DNA of 53,878 nucleotides from an uncultured Clostridia bacterium (GCA_947627495.1 CANQWH010000003.1:1-53878); one strand, 5' to 3'. Shown: positions 41,840 to 52,197, counted from the first letter of the stretch. Notes: generated by a model not told the origin, from the letters alone. Translations and numbers: made by a program.

Positions 41840-42163
41840 TTACTCCAATATATCTAAAATTTTAATTATGTAATATTCTTTTCCTAGTTCAGCTCCCCAT
41901 TCTTTTTTGCCTAGTCCTACCCTTAATGTGCATCTGCATTTTATTTGTGGTGAATTATGAGAATAACCATTTCTAAATATTACTATTTTTTCTGTTGTAG
42001 TCATATTTTTTAAGACTTTTCTTGTTGCTGTATCTAGCTTACAACATATAAAATAATGTCCTAATCTACTATGATAATATGGCTTTATTTCTCTATATTC
42101 TTCCTTTTTCTCTTCGCTTCGTATCATATCAAACCATTTCTTTTTTATTGGTAATATTAACAT
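41840..42163 (-). CDS. ASCH-domain protein
   Basis: LILPIKKKWFDMI...KKEEYREIKPYY...FRNGY. Confidence 0.75.
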   Translation of the reverse strand: MLILPIKKKWFDMIRSEEKKEEYREIKPYYHSRLGHYFICCKLDTATRKVLKNMTTTEKIVIFRNGYSHNSPQIKCRCTLRVGLGKKEWGAELGKEYYIIKILDILE

Positions 42164-42241
42164 TTTTTCCCCTTTCTTTAAATTTCTAATTCATTTTTTA
42201 AATTGTATCCATTTTCTAAACATTCATCACAATTATTAACT

Positions 42242-42667
42242 TTATTTATTGCTTTTGCCATATATACCGACCACCTTTCCTTGTGCTTGACCTTTCATTT
42301 CTTTTTTTATAAATTCATACATATTTACAAATATTTCTAAATAAAATCTACTTCTTAAATATCCATGTTTTCTAAATTCTTCATGCATTTTTATTGCTTC
42401 GTTTCTTTGATAGCGTCTAGCCATTAATAATTTAATAAATCTTTTTTTCTTAATTCTTGGTATAGTTATAGTACATTCTGCTTCTATTTCCTTTGCTTTA
42501 AATAACTTGTCTCCTGGTATTATTCTTCCTTCTAGTCCGTCTTCAGTAATTTCTAATGACTCTACTAATCTTCCTATTTCAAAACTCTCTCCTGTATCTT
42601 GGTTTACTACAAATACTTTAGGCGGCTCTTTTTCCTCTCCCATATATTCCTCCTTAATATTCTTCAA
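42242..42667 (-). CDS. hypothetical protein
   Basis: ORF in cluster. Confidence 0.55.
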   Translation of the reverse strand: MKNIKEEYMGEEKEPPKVFVVNQDTGESFEIGRLVESLEITEDGLEGRIIPGDKLFKAKEIEAECTITIPRIKKKRFIKLLMARRYQRNEAIKMHEEFRKHGYLRSRFYLEIFVNMYEFIKKEMKGQAQGKVVGIYGKSNK

Positions 42668-43064
42668 TTTTTACATATATTCTAGGATTAACATCGTACT
42701 TTTTTTCAATTTCTAATTTTGTAACTTGAGTATCATCTTTGAAAGCAAATTTATTCATTCCATCAAGCACTATTTTTATAATGTTATCTGCATCAGGCTT
42801 TTTAGTTGGACTTATATTTCCGTTTAACATTTCTGCTTTTTTTTTCTTACTTGTACTTTTGGGAATTTCAAAATAAGCTATAATTTTAACTTTTACTCTT
42901 GATTCTATTGGCTTGAAATTAGGATAATTCATCAAAAACCATTGCCTCAACCCATATTCATATAGTTTTGTTTTTGTCGGAGTATATGCTCTCCCTGTTC
43001 TTGTGTTCATTCTTGGTCTTGCCTTTCCTTCTATGCTTCCAAACATTTCAAATTCATATATCAT
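42654..43064 (-). CDS. rusA: RusA-family Holliday junction resolvase
   Basis: GKARPR...YTP...KKPDADNIIKIVLDGMN...DDTQV. Confidence 0.9.
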   Translation of the reverse strand: MIYEFEMFGSIEGKARPRMNTRTGRAYTPTKTKLYEYGLRQWFLMNYPNFKPIESRVKVKIIAYFEIPKSTSKKKKAEMLNGNISPTKKPDADNIIKIVLDGMNKFAFKDDTQVTKLEIEKKYDVNPRIYVKIEEY

Positions 43065-43079
43065 TGTTTCTCTCCTATT

Positions 43080-43310
43080 CTACTTAAATAAATTTTCTGT
43101 TAAACTTTTTTCTGTTAATCTGCATAAACATCTTAATTCGTCATATATAAATGGTGTTGTTTTTTTTGTTTTTTTATTATATTTTCTATAATTACCATAA
43201 TACAAATTAACTCTAATTATTTCATTTGATTTTTTATTATAAAAAAATATTATTTCTTTTTTAGGATATTTTCTAAATATAGAATATCCCATATTTTCTA
43301 AGCCTCCCAT
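43080..43310 (-). CDS. hypothetical protein
   Basis: Short ORF. Confidence 0.45.
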   Translation of the reverse strand: MGGLENMGYSIFRKYPKKEIIFFYNKKSNEIIRVNLYYGNYRKYNKKTKKTTPFIYDELRCLCRLTEKSLTENLFK

Positions 43311-43323
43311 GCTTTATTCCTCC

Positions 43324-43605
43324 TTATATTTCTGGCATTTCATATACCTTTGGTCTATCATAAATTCCAATCGCACCTTGTTTAGGATTATTTATTGTTA
43401 CATATTCTGTATATTTATTTACTATTTCCTGTAACACTTCTTTTGCTCTTTCTTCTGTTTCATATTTTCCTAAAACAATTGTATTTCCATTCGTTTGTGC
43501 TGATATTTGCACTATATCATTTAATGTACTTATTTCTTCCACTCCAATATTTACTGTTGTATCGAAATTTAAAATATTGTATTTATCTTGACTAACTATT
43601 ATCAT
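43324..43605 (-). CDS. hypothetical phage protein
   Basis: MIIVSQDK...LGKYETEERAKEVL...VYEMP. Confidence 0.65.
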   Translation of the reverse strand: MIIVSQDKYNILNFDTTVNIGVEEISTLNDIVQISAQTNGNTIVLGKYETEERAKEVLQEIVNKYTEYVTINNPKQGAIGIYDRPKVYEMPEI

Positions 43606-43616
43606 TTCTTATTCTC

Positions 43617-44012
43617 CTAATCAGAACTTTTAAATGTTATAGGTACTATCATTTCTGGTATGTAATTTACTTCATAATGATATTTATCTACATAAGCTCC
43701 ACTTACATCTTCTACAACATATAATGTATATTCGTTAAGATATACAAAGTGTTTCTTATACACATTTTTATCTACTTCACATACTATTTCTAGTTCATTA
43801 TTTGTATTATTAGTTAATGCAAAATTTCCTATCAATTCAAATACTATTTTGTCTGTTCTGGCATTGTAAACTACTATTCTTCTTGTTATATTGAAGTTGT
43901 CTGCTTCTTGTCCAATATTATGTGATACTCTATTTACTTCTGTACAACCTGCTAACACTATTCCTCCTATTATTATCATTATTATTAAAACAATTATTTT
44001 TAATTTTTTCAT
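43617..44012 (-). CDS. phage lipoprotein
   Basis: Lipobox LAGC; EADNFNITRRIVVYNARTD. Confidence 0.75.
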   Translation of the reverse strand: MKKLKIIVLIIMIIIGGIVLAGCTEVNRVSHNIGQEADNFNITRRIVVYNARTDKIVFELIGNFALTNNTNNELEIVCEVDKNVYKKHFVYLNEYTLYVVEDVSGAYVDKYHYEVNYIPEMIVPITFKSSD

Positions 44013-44233
44013 TTATCTTCCCTCCTCAAATTTTCTTCTAAATCGGCAATAGCTGACTTTTGCATTTCTATTAGCCCTCTTAAATTATTGTTGTCTCCTA
44101 CTATCTTTTCATATTTCAATGCTAATTTCATATTGCCTAAACTCATTATTAAATTTAATAATATCAATATCGCTATTAATATTTGCATTACCCTTATTTC
44201 TGCTTTACTTATTGTCATGTATGTTTTCTTCAT
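44009..44233 (-). CDS. small membrane/coiled-coil protein
   Basis: One TM, ATGA overlaps. Confidence 0.55.
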   Translation of the reverse strand: MKKTYMTISKAEIRVMQILIAILILLNLIMSLGNMKLALKYEKIVGDNNNLRGLIEMQKSAIADLEENLRREDK

Positions 44234-44923
44234 TTATTTTCTCTCCTCTCTTCCGCTTCCAATATTCTATCTAAATATCCGTTTGTAATAAGCTGCTTCC
44301 ATCATTGTTTTTACTGATACTTTAATGTAAGTATCTTTCAAGTCTTTTATATTTGTTTTCTCATTATCTTCTTTAATTTTGTTTAAATGTTCTTTGTCAT
44401 ATTCTATTTCTTCTGTATCAAAATCTTGTAAGTTTAATTCTTGTATAACAAACTCTTTTAAAGTCGGTTTCTTATAATATTTGTTATCTTCAAATATTTT
44501 TTTATTTAGTAAATATGTATTATCTAATATTTTTTTGCAATCATTATTGATAATATAACTTTTTACATTTTGTTCATCTGCAATAATTTTAAATACTTTT
44601 TCTAAACTTAATTCATTTTTTTCTTTGAAATTATCAAATATTGCTAATACTCTTCTTATGCTGTTATATGATTTCTTTGTTTTATCAAAATTGAACTTAT
44701 CAAGAATTTTTTCGTATTTACTTTTGTGCCTATTTTCTTTTATTATATTTTCATATTCTTGTTCATCAAGATTTCTGTATTGTTTATATAATCCATTTGC
44801 TTTTAATTTACTTATAATTTCTTTTACTTCTGCTTTACTTATTTTCATTGTTGTACTTAAGTATTTATCTACGTCATGATATTTGCATAAATATATTTGT
44901 TCTTCTATGTTTAAATCTCTCAT
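44230..44923 (-). CDS. hypothetical protein (~230 aa), joined by +1 at CGG 44279-44281
   Basis: AAYYK-[c]G-YLDRILEAEERRENK*; the extended stop forms an ATGA overlap with the next gene. Confidence 0.65.
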
Positions 44924-45061
44924 AGCTTTTCTCCTATTTTAATAAATTAGTTCACTCTCTACATTTGTACCTTCAACTTCTCCTTTTAAATATTTTGTAT
45001 CTGTTGTTTTAAAAACAATATATCTTAATCCATATTTTTTAATCACGAGATAGCAAAATTT

Positions 45062-46370
45062 CTATTCTTCTACATTTTCAAATTTCATTTGTTTCTTATC
45101 AAATCTTATTTTTACAGTGCCGAGTTGGTCCATTTCTCTGTTTTGCTACAATCGTATCTACATAAATTACTCCTTTTTTTTCTTTTTCCTCATCTTCTAC
45201 ATGTAAAAATATTACATTATCTGCATCTTGTTCTAGACTTCCACTTTCTCTCAAATCTGCTAAAATTGGTCTTCTTCTTTTTTCAGTTTCTCTATTCAAT
45301 TGACACAATGCTATAATCGGAATGTCTAGTTTTTTAGTTAATAATTTTAGCCTTCTACTTATATCTGCAACTTCTTGCTCTCTGTTGTTAAACTTATTTT
45401 TACTTTTCAAAAGTTGTAAATAATCTATTACGATAAGTCCCAGATTTTTATTTTGTTTTAATTCGTTCGCTTTTGTTTCTATATCTTGTACTGTTGTTAA
45501 TTTTGAATCAATACACATTTGTATATTTGAGATTTCTGCTGCTACTTTGCCTATTGTTATAAAATTTTCTTCTTCTATCCACCCCATTCTCATTAAATGA
45601 CTATCTATATTTGATTTTCTGGCTATTATCCTATTTCCTAGTTGTTTTTCTGACATTTCTAAACTAATAAAATATGTAAATTTTCCTTTTTTAGCAATAT
45701 GTTCCGCCATTTGTAATGCAAAAGCCGTTTTTCCAACACCTGGTCTTGCTGCTATTATTGTTAATTCTTGTTCATGTAGACCATCTGTTATTTTGTCTAA
45801 ATCTAAATATCCTGTTCTGTAACTATAATCATCTCTTTTTTTATATTTTTTTTCTATATCTTTCACTGTTTCAATCATTATATCTGTCATATTTTTTTCT
45901 GTATTTTTTTGTCTAGTTTTTAAATTTAAAAATTCTTGTATAATTTCATTTTTTACTTCACTTTCATCTTTGCTTATGTCTATTTCTACAATGTTCTTAT
46001 TTATTCTTTGCACTATTTCTAATATTTTTCTTTTCATACTAAGATTCTTTAATATATTTATTGTGTTTTCTATATCTCGTGCAAGAGGTAAACTGTCTGA
46101 CATATATGCTATAGTCTCTACAATTTTTGTTTTATCGTATTTTTTATTTGCTCCTAGTTCGCTTATTGTTATTAAATCTATTGTTAATTCTTTTGCTTTT
46201 AATTCTTGTATTAGTTCAAATAACACTTTATTTGCTTTATAATAAAAGTCTTCCTTATCTAGTTCATCAATATATTTTATATTATCTGTATCTGTTATAA
46301 TTTCTGCTATTACATTTTCTTCCGCTTCTTTACATGCTAATACTAGCTCGTCAGTTTTGTACATTCTCAT
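45062..46370 (-). CDS. phage DnaB-like helicase (~435 aa), joined by +1 at CGG 45120-45122
   Basis: ARPGVGKT, DYLQL, DLRESGSLEQDAD, KQRNGPT-[c]G-TVKIRF. Confidence 0.9.
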
Positions 46371-47125
46371 ACCTCCTGCTCATTTCTATGTATTCGCTAA
46401 TGTCATCTTTTTCTTCTGTTTGTGTTTCTTTTTTTTGTGAATTTTGATTTAGATAACCTTCAAACTTATTACCAAATAAGGTTTCTGGTCTTAAATATTG
46501 TTCCATTTCTTTATTGTTTAGCCATTCCTTCGATTTTATATCTATTACTTTTACAAAATCTTCGTATATAAAACCTTCATTCAGTCTTGCTTGTATAAAT
46601 TTTTGAGTTTTTTTAGTTGTTGATTTAAAATTTTTAGAAGTTTTTTTGTTTAAATAATCAATTACTCGACTATATATATTATTAATATTATTTATTATAT
46701 TTTTATTATTCTCTTTGATGTTTTTGTCAAGGGGCGATTGATTTTTTTGACAATAGGTATTGATATTTTCGTCAATACCTATATCTTGATTTTTTTGACC
46801 GTAGGGTATTGACGTTTTCGTCAATAGGGTATTGATTAGTAATTGTAATTATTCTTTTATCAATTTCCTTAGAATCTTTTTTATAAAAAAGTTTTACTCT
46901 TATATACCCTTTTGCTTTTAATTTGCTTACCCATCTTGATATTGTTTCCTTGCTTGTCTTATATAAGTTCGCAAAATATTCATTACTAGCCCAGCAAAAA
47001 CCTTCATTATTGCATAAAGATGTTATTTCTCCGTACAATAATTTAGCATTTGCACATAAAGTGTCATCATATCTCACATTTGCGGGAATAATTGAAAAAT
47101 AATTTGGTTTTTCGTTTTCTTCCAT
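46351..47125 (-). CDS. phage replication initiator (HTH N-terminus + conserved phage C-terminal domain, ~257 aa), joined by +1 at CGG 46799-46801
   Basis: YFSIIPANVRYD...AKLLYGEI...CWASNEYFA; C-terminal IDYLN...YLRPETLFGNKFEGYLNQ. Confidence 0.85.
46720..46830. repeat. iteron-like repeats (probable phage ori) inside the initiator gene
   Basis: Repeated TTGACGAAAA(C/T)(G/A)TCAAT and GTCAAAAAAATCAA units on the - strand. Confidence 0.65.
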
Positions 47126-47130
47126 GCTAT

Positions 47131-47589
47131 TTACACCTCCCCATATTTAACATATATTAGGTTTCTTTTGTTCCAATTTGATCCATAAATGTCTTTTAAA
47201 TAATTTTCTGCATATTCAGTATATAATTTACTATTTAAACCATTATCTTGTTCTTGATGACATCTTTCGCAAGCAGTAAATATGTTTTCTTCTATTCCAA
47301 GTCCCCCACTGCTACGAGGAACTAAGTGTGCATTTGCACAAAATAGTGGAACTATCTCATGACAAAATATACATCTATGTTTATCTCTATACCAAACTGC
47401 TTCTTTTACTAATTTTGATATTTCTGTTTGCTTATGTTTTTTCCCTTTTATTTCTTTTCTCTTTACGTATTCTCTATTATTACAATCTTTGCATAGTTCT
47501 AAAGAAATTTCTTTGTCTTCGATTTTGCAGTAAAAGAATTTTATGTATTTTCTACTTCTTATTCTTAAATTCTTACAATTCATTGACAA
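47131..47589 (-). CDS. HNH-family nuclease
   Basis: RDKHRCIFC...AHLVPRSSGGLGIEENIFTACERCH. Confidence 0.75.
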   Translation of the reverse strand: MSMNCKNLRIRSRKYIKFFYCKIEDKEISLELCKDCNNREYVKRKEIKGKKHKQTEISKLVKEAVWYRDKHRCIFCHEIVPLFCANAHLVPRSSGGLGIEENIFTACERCHQEQDNGLNSKLYTEYAENYLKDIYGSNWNKRNLIYVKYGEV

Positions 47590-47708
47590 TTTTCTCCTTC
47601 TTGTTTATTTTTTTAACATTCTTAAATTATATTTCATTCTTATTAATGTCTCTTTATACTTTTGTAATCTATATTTATATTGCAAAGTTTTAATATATTC
47701 TCTTATAT

Positions 47709-48019
47709 TCATTTAATTACCTCCATATTTGCCTTTAAAACGTTTATTAATTGTTCAACGACTAATTTCATGTCTTCATATTTTTTGTCAATTTTTGATA
47801 CATTATTGGCTTTATATAATAGTTTTAATAAAGTTCCTATTGCATTTTCTAAATGATATTGATTTTTTCGCTATTATCTTTATTAAACATCTTAAAATCT
47901 TCTGCAAATTCCTTTTTTATCCTTAACCAATTTGTCTGTACTTCTTTTTTCTTTTCCATTTCTGCAATTATTTCTTGTTTTAATTGTTCTTTTAATTCTA
48001 GCAACTCTTTTTCTGACAT
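47709..48019 (-). pseudogene. hypothetical gene split at an A6 run (needs -1)
   Basis: 56-aa ORF with GGAGG RBS; the -1 frame after GAAAAAAT continues NQYHLENAIGTLLKLLY...MEVIK* into an ATGA overlap. Confidence 0.45.
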
Positions 48020-48179
48020 ATAAAAAATACCTCCTATCGCTAACCATAACAGCTATTGACAGCAGGCTATAAAAATCGTATAATTAATACACGACTAATA
48101 GACTATGTCTATATAGCTCGTTATGGCTACTTAAAACTGAATGTTTACCAGACCTTGCAGTTTTAAGTAGTTTCTTTAT

Positions 48180-48365
48180 TTATATACTTTTATTTAATTT
48201 TTGCACTGTAAATGATTTTGTTTCTTGGTTATATATAACCTCAACATCCCTATCCTCTGGAGTTAAGTTCATATCTTTTAACCAGTTCATAGGTATGCTT
48301 AATTTTCCTGACAAATATCCATCACCACTTTTGTTAAATATTATTTTCAATTTTCTTACCTCCAT
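48180..48365 (-). CDS. AbrB-like DNA-binding protein
   Basis: FNKSGDG...KLSIPMNWLKDMNLTPEDRDVEV. Confidence 0.65.
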   Translation of the reverse strand: MEVRKLKIIFNKSGDGYLSGKLSIPMNWLKDMNLTPEDRDVEVIYNQETKSFTVQKLNKSI

Positions 48366-48381
48366 ATATAGGCCTCCTTCC

Positions 48382-48548
48382 TTGACAAGTACCGTGATTT
48401 TTTATATAATACTTATCAAGGAAGTTGGAAGGGCTTTTAGTAGCCCCTCTCGATTAATCCTTTGTAGATTAGACTTAATTGTTTGTGATTTTCTGCTAAT
48501 CTACGTTGTTGTGCTTGCTTTACTTGGCGGTTGGCAAGCACCTTTTTT
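48382..48548 (+). ncRNA. putative antisense sRNA with its promoter
   Basis: TTGACA-17-TATAAT (48382-48410); terminator GTGCTTGC...GCAAGCAC-CTTTTTT. Confidence 0.55.
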
Positions 48549-48562
48549 ATTAGCTTAATCAT
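48437..48562 (-). CDS. 41-aa basic peptide overlapped by a predicted antisense RNA
   Basis: GAGGAGG RBS; MIKLIKKVLANRQVKQAQQRRLAENHKQLSLIYKGLIERGY. Confidence 0.55.
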   Translation of the reverse strand: MIKLIKKVLANRQVKQAQQRRLAENHKQLSLIYKGLIERGY

Positions 48563-48849
48563 ATTTTCTCACCTCCTCGGTACGGTTATATATTATCATA
48601 TATCTCGGTACGTGTCAATACTTTTTTAAAAAATTTTTTAAATATTTTTTATAATAGAAAAAACCTTGATTATTCAAGGTTTATCAGTACTTTTATTAAT
48701 TTTATTCTTATACTTTTTCTTTATTTTTTTCGTAATGTACATATGCTTTAAAATTTCAAATAATTTTACATAACTAGAAAAAGGAAATGTAACATAAATT
48801 ATACTACATATGCCTAGGACAAAAACTCCAATTATAAATCCCATCATAA

Positions 48850-49311
48850 TTAATTATCCTCCTTTTTCCTTATTTCACATATCATACCTATTACAAATGA
48901 ACCAATCAATAGCACTAATGATATTTTATAGACTGGTATAATATTTATCTCATTTTCTGGTATAGTTTTAGATATTCCATATGCTAAAGAAGACATTACT
49001 AATATTCCAACAGTTATAATACGTATTAATGTTTTTATGCTTTCACTTATTTTATATGATTTACTATTCAATTGTATGACTAAATTCGTACACATTGATA
49101 TTGCAACCATTAACATTTCTGAATAGTTGTCTTTAAAATCAAATTTCCCCTTTTTCTCAAAAATCTCTATAAAAAATACTGCACCAACAGGAAATAGCAA
49201 TGAAAACAAATTAGAACAACACCAACTTATTATATTTGCAAATTTATTTCTAGCTTTATCTGTTGCTATATCTATTTGACTTAACAACTCTTTTGACTTA
49301 TCTTCTTTCAT
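48850..49311 (-). CDS. 4-TM membrane protein (moron)
   Basis: Four hydrophobic segments, isolated by long intergenic gaps. Confidence 0.6.
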   Translation of the reverse strand: MKEDKSKELLSQIDIATDKARNKFANIISWCCSNLFSLLFPVGAVFFIEIFEKKGKFDFKDNYSEMLMVAISMCTNLVIQLNSKSYKISESIKTLIRIITVGILVMSSLAYGISKTIPENEINIIPVYKISLVLLIGSFVIGMICEIRKKEDN

Positions 49312-49492
49312 ATTCTTACGTCCTTCTTTGATATATTCTATTATAGAGAAGAATATTAGTCAATAAATTTTACAAAATTTTAAAAAATTTACTGTATTTG
49401 TCTGATAAACTTATTCAATTTTCAATGTACATATTGCATTTTTACATGCTTTGTGCTATTATTAGTATAGTTATTTTTTAAAGGGTATTTGA

Positions 49493-49726
49493 CTATATGC
49501 AATCGGGAACATATAGTATTTCAAATACCTTTTTTAAATTCTTTTCAAAGTCATTTATTCTATCTAATTGTTCTTGTGTAAATGCATTAAATTTAAGCCA
49601 CTTATTCCAGTCTTCCATATCAAAATATCCCTCTAGAGTTTTACTATCTGCCGTTATTGGTTCAATTTCTTGCTTTCTTTTTAAATTACTTAATAATTGT
49701 TGAAACTTTTCTAACATATTATTCAC
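49493..49726 (-). CDS. hypothetical protein
   Basis: 77-aa ORF with RBS. Confidence 0.5.
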   Translation of the reverse strand: MNNMLEKFQQLLSNLKRKQEIEPITADSKTLEGYFDMEDWNKWLKFNAFTQEQLDRINDFEKNLKKVFEILYVPDCI

Positions 49727-50234
49727 ACCCCTTTCCTTTATTTTTTTATATTCATACTGCTAACTATAAATATAATTAGCAACACTAATAACTTAATTAT
49801 TGCTTGTCCATTTAATTGTGTTATTTCTAATTCAATATTTCCTACTTGTCCTAATAACATTAAAAAACTAATTATTGATATTATCTTTCTCATATATTTT
49901 TCCTTTCTTTATTCATGTTTGCGAATAATTTCGCATCCTATTTTATTAAATTCATTGTACCTATTATTTCTTTCCTCTTCTGACTTGGGATAATATGTAT
50001 TATCAATTTGTATAAGAGTGTTACCTAAATTAAACTCTTGTATTATCATTTTGTAACCACCTCATTCTAAAAATATTCACATTACTAGTCCCCCTTTCTT
50101 TTTTTCGTGTGTTAAACTGCATTTTTTGTTCTACTATCTTTAGCATTGAAATATTCTTTTACATCTTTCATTGTTAGTAATTTTTTCCATATTGCTCACC
50201 TTTTTCTTGTTTCTTGATTATCTGTTTATATTTT

Positions 50235-50456
50235 CTAAACTTTTTCTGTAAAAAAATATTCATATAATTTTGTTTTTGGAATTTTTAATAACCTGCTAAT
50301 TTCAACAACATCATCTTGACTAAAAGCTACTGTTCCATTTATTTTTTGGCTAAACGCCCCTTTACTTATATTTAATGCGTTTGCCACTTGTTCTTGTGTA
50401 TAACCATTATCTAAAATTTTGTCTTTTAATTTTGAATAATCGTACATTTTGTTCAC
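50235..50456 (-). CDS. Cro-like HTH repressor (DUF739-like)
   Basis: YDYSKLKDKI...TQEQVANALNISKGAFSQKING...EYFF; divergent from CI. Confidence 0.85.
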   Translation of the reverse strand: MNKMYDYSKLKDKILDNGYTQEQVANALNISKGAFSQKINGTVAFSQDDVVEISRLLKIPKTKLYEYFFTEKV

Positions 50457-50465
50457 CTCATTTCA

Positions 50466-50597
50466 GTTTATATTTTCTAAACTATGATTATAATACTATA
50501 TCCTTTTTTAAAAGTCAATACTTTTTTAAAAAAAGTTTAGTTTTTTTTAATTATTTTTTTAAAATAGTTTGACATTTCTAAACCTTTGTTCTATAAT
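50466..50597. promoter_or_regulatory. lysis/lysogeny switch with divergent promoters and 17-bp operators
   Basis: GTTTATATTTTCTAAAC at 50466-50482 (also 50224-50240), variants at 50535-50551 and 50567-50583; TTGACA-17-TATAAT at 50569-50597. Confidence 0.75.
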
Positions 50598-50618
50598 ATA
50601 GTTGTTGGAGGTGTATAA

Positions 50619-51324
50619 ATGGACGATTTAGTTGATACTTTTGCGAATCGACTTTCTTATGCTTTAACTATACGAAATATGAAGCCTATTGAATTGGCAG
50701 AAGCTACAAGGATAGATAAATCAAAAATCAGTTCTTATATGTCTGGCAGATATAAAGCTAAAACTGATGGCTTAAAAATAATTGCAGATGTGCTTAATGT
50801 TTCTCCTATTTGGTTAATGGGTTATGATGTACCTATGGGAAAAAATTTTGATAAGAATATAGAAGGTATGGATAAAAAAACAGAAAGCTCTGCCATAGTA
50901 TTAGTCTATGGTACCATTCCAGCTCGGTGTTCCTATGGAATGTATAGAAGATATTATTGATACAGAGGAAATTCCTACTGATATGCTTAAAGGTGGTAAA
51001 CAATATTTTGGACTTAAAGTAAAAGGTAATTCTATGAATCCAGAATATCTTGATGGAGATACTTTAATTTTATTAAAACAAGATGATTGCGAAAGTGGTG
51101 ATGACTGTGTTGTGATGGTTAATGGTAATGATGGTACTTTTAAACGAGTTATTAAAGATGAACAAAAACAAACAATAAGATTACAACCGCTTAATACTAC
51201 GCTAGATGAAAACGGCAATTTTTTATATGAACCTATTACATTTACAAAAGAACAAATTGAACAACTGCCTGTTAGAATAATAGGGGTTGTTGAAGAAATT
51301 AGAAGAAAGAAAAGAAGAAAATAA
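50619..51324 (+). CDS. CI/LexA-like repressor (HTH + S24 peptidase, ~234 aa), joined by +1 at CGG 50925-50927
   Basis: HTH N-terminus; GTIPA-[c]G-VP restores the Ala-Gly autocleavage site; VKGNSM (Ser) and TFKR (Lys). Confidence 0.9.
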
Positions 51325-51376
51325 TTTTAGCTATTAATGTTTAATATATAAAACTAAAAAAGAAAGGAGGTTCTAT

Positions 51377-52030
51377 ATGGAAGAAAAAACAAAGAAACCT
51401 GTTTATACAAGATGGTGGTTTTGGTTAATTGTCATATTCATTATTGGCGCAATAAGTATTGGAAATTCTTCTAATAATACTACATTACCTACGGGCTCTT
51501 ATGAGAAAAATGCTGCGGTAGAAGTAACTATTGCTGATTTTAATACAATGACAAGAGATGAAGCTAAAATTTGGCTTGATAATAATAAGATTAATGGGAA
51601 AATTACTGATGATTATTCTAATACGGTATCTAAAGGAAGTCTTGTTAGTCAAAGCATATCAGCAAACACTGTAGCACACGAAGGAGATAACATTACACTT
51701 GTATATTCTTTAGGTAAAAAACCTACAACTGAAGAAAAAAATGCCCTAAAAAAAGCAGAGTCTTATTCTCAAACAATGCATATGTCAAAAGCAAAAATTT
51801 ACGAACAACTTACTTCAGAATACGGAGAGGGTTTCACTGCTGAAGCCGCTCAATATGCTATTGATAATATACAGGCTGATTGGAATGCAAACGCATTGTC
51901 CAAAGCCAAAAGTTATCAAACTACTATGAGTATGTCTAAATCAGCAATATACAAACAATTAACATCAGAATACGGAGAAGGCTTTACAGCTGAAGAAGCT
52001 CAATATGCTATTGATCATTTAGATGATTAA
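51377..52030 (+). CDS. Ltp-family surface protein with PASTA-like domain
   Basis: TM; DYSNTVSKGSLVSQS (PASTA-like); two MSKAKIYEQLTSEYGEGFTAEAAQYAID repeats. Confidence 0.85.
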   Translation: MEEKTKKPVYTRWWFWLIVIFIIGAISIGNSSNNTTLPTGSYEKNAAVEVTIADFNTMTRDEAKIWLDNNKINGKITDDYSNTVSKGSLVSQSISANTVAHEGDNITLVYSLGKKPTTEEKNALKKAESYSQTMHMSKAKIYEQLTSEYGEGFTAEAAQYAIDNIQADWNANALSKAKSYQTTMSMSKSAIYKQLTSEYGEGFTAEEAQYAIDHLDD

Positions 52031-52197
52031 AATATAAAAATAATCTAAAAAAGAAAAAGATTGTGCCTTGATTGCAGTCTAACACACAAATCTTTTTCCG
52101 AACACTATTGAAAGTGATACACTTATATTATATAACATAAATGTCTTCATTTTCAATAGTTTATAAAACAAATTATTAAAAATGGAGGTATTTTTAT

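Noticed and set aside
44939-45064. Open frame continuing after the TAG of the extended phage helicase
   Set aside because: The helicase is already full length relative to host DnaB; no support for readthrough.
50925-50927. Simple sense reassignment of CGG (e.g. to Gln or Trp)
   Set aside because: A triplet reassignment would not change frame; 0-frame reading hits a stop within about 1-11 codons at every site.
2235-51218. Numerous opposite-strand ORFs in the track (e.g. 9787..10224, 26862..27335, 30623..31084, 33491..34072)
   Set aside because: Antisense shadows of well-supported genes, with no RBS or recognisable motifs.
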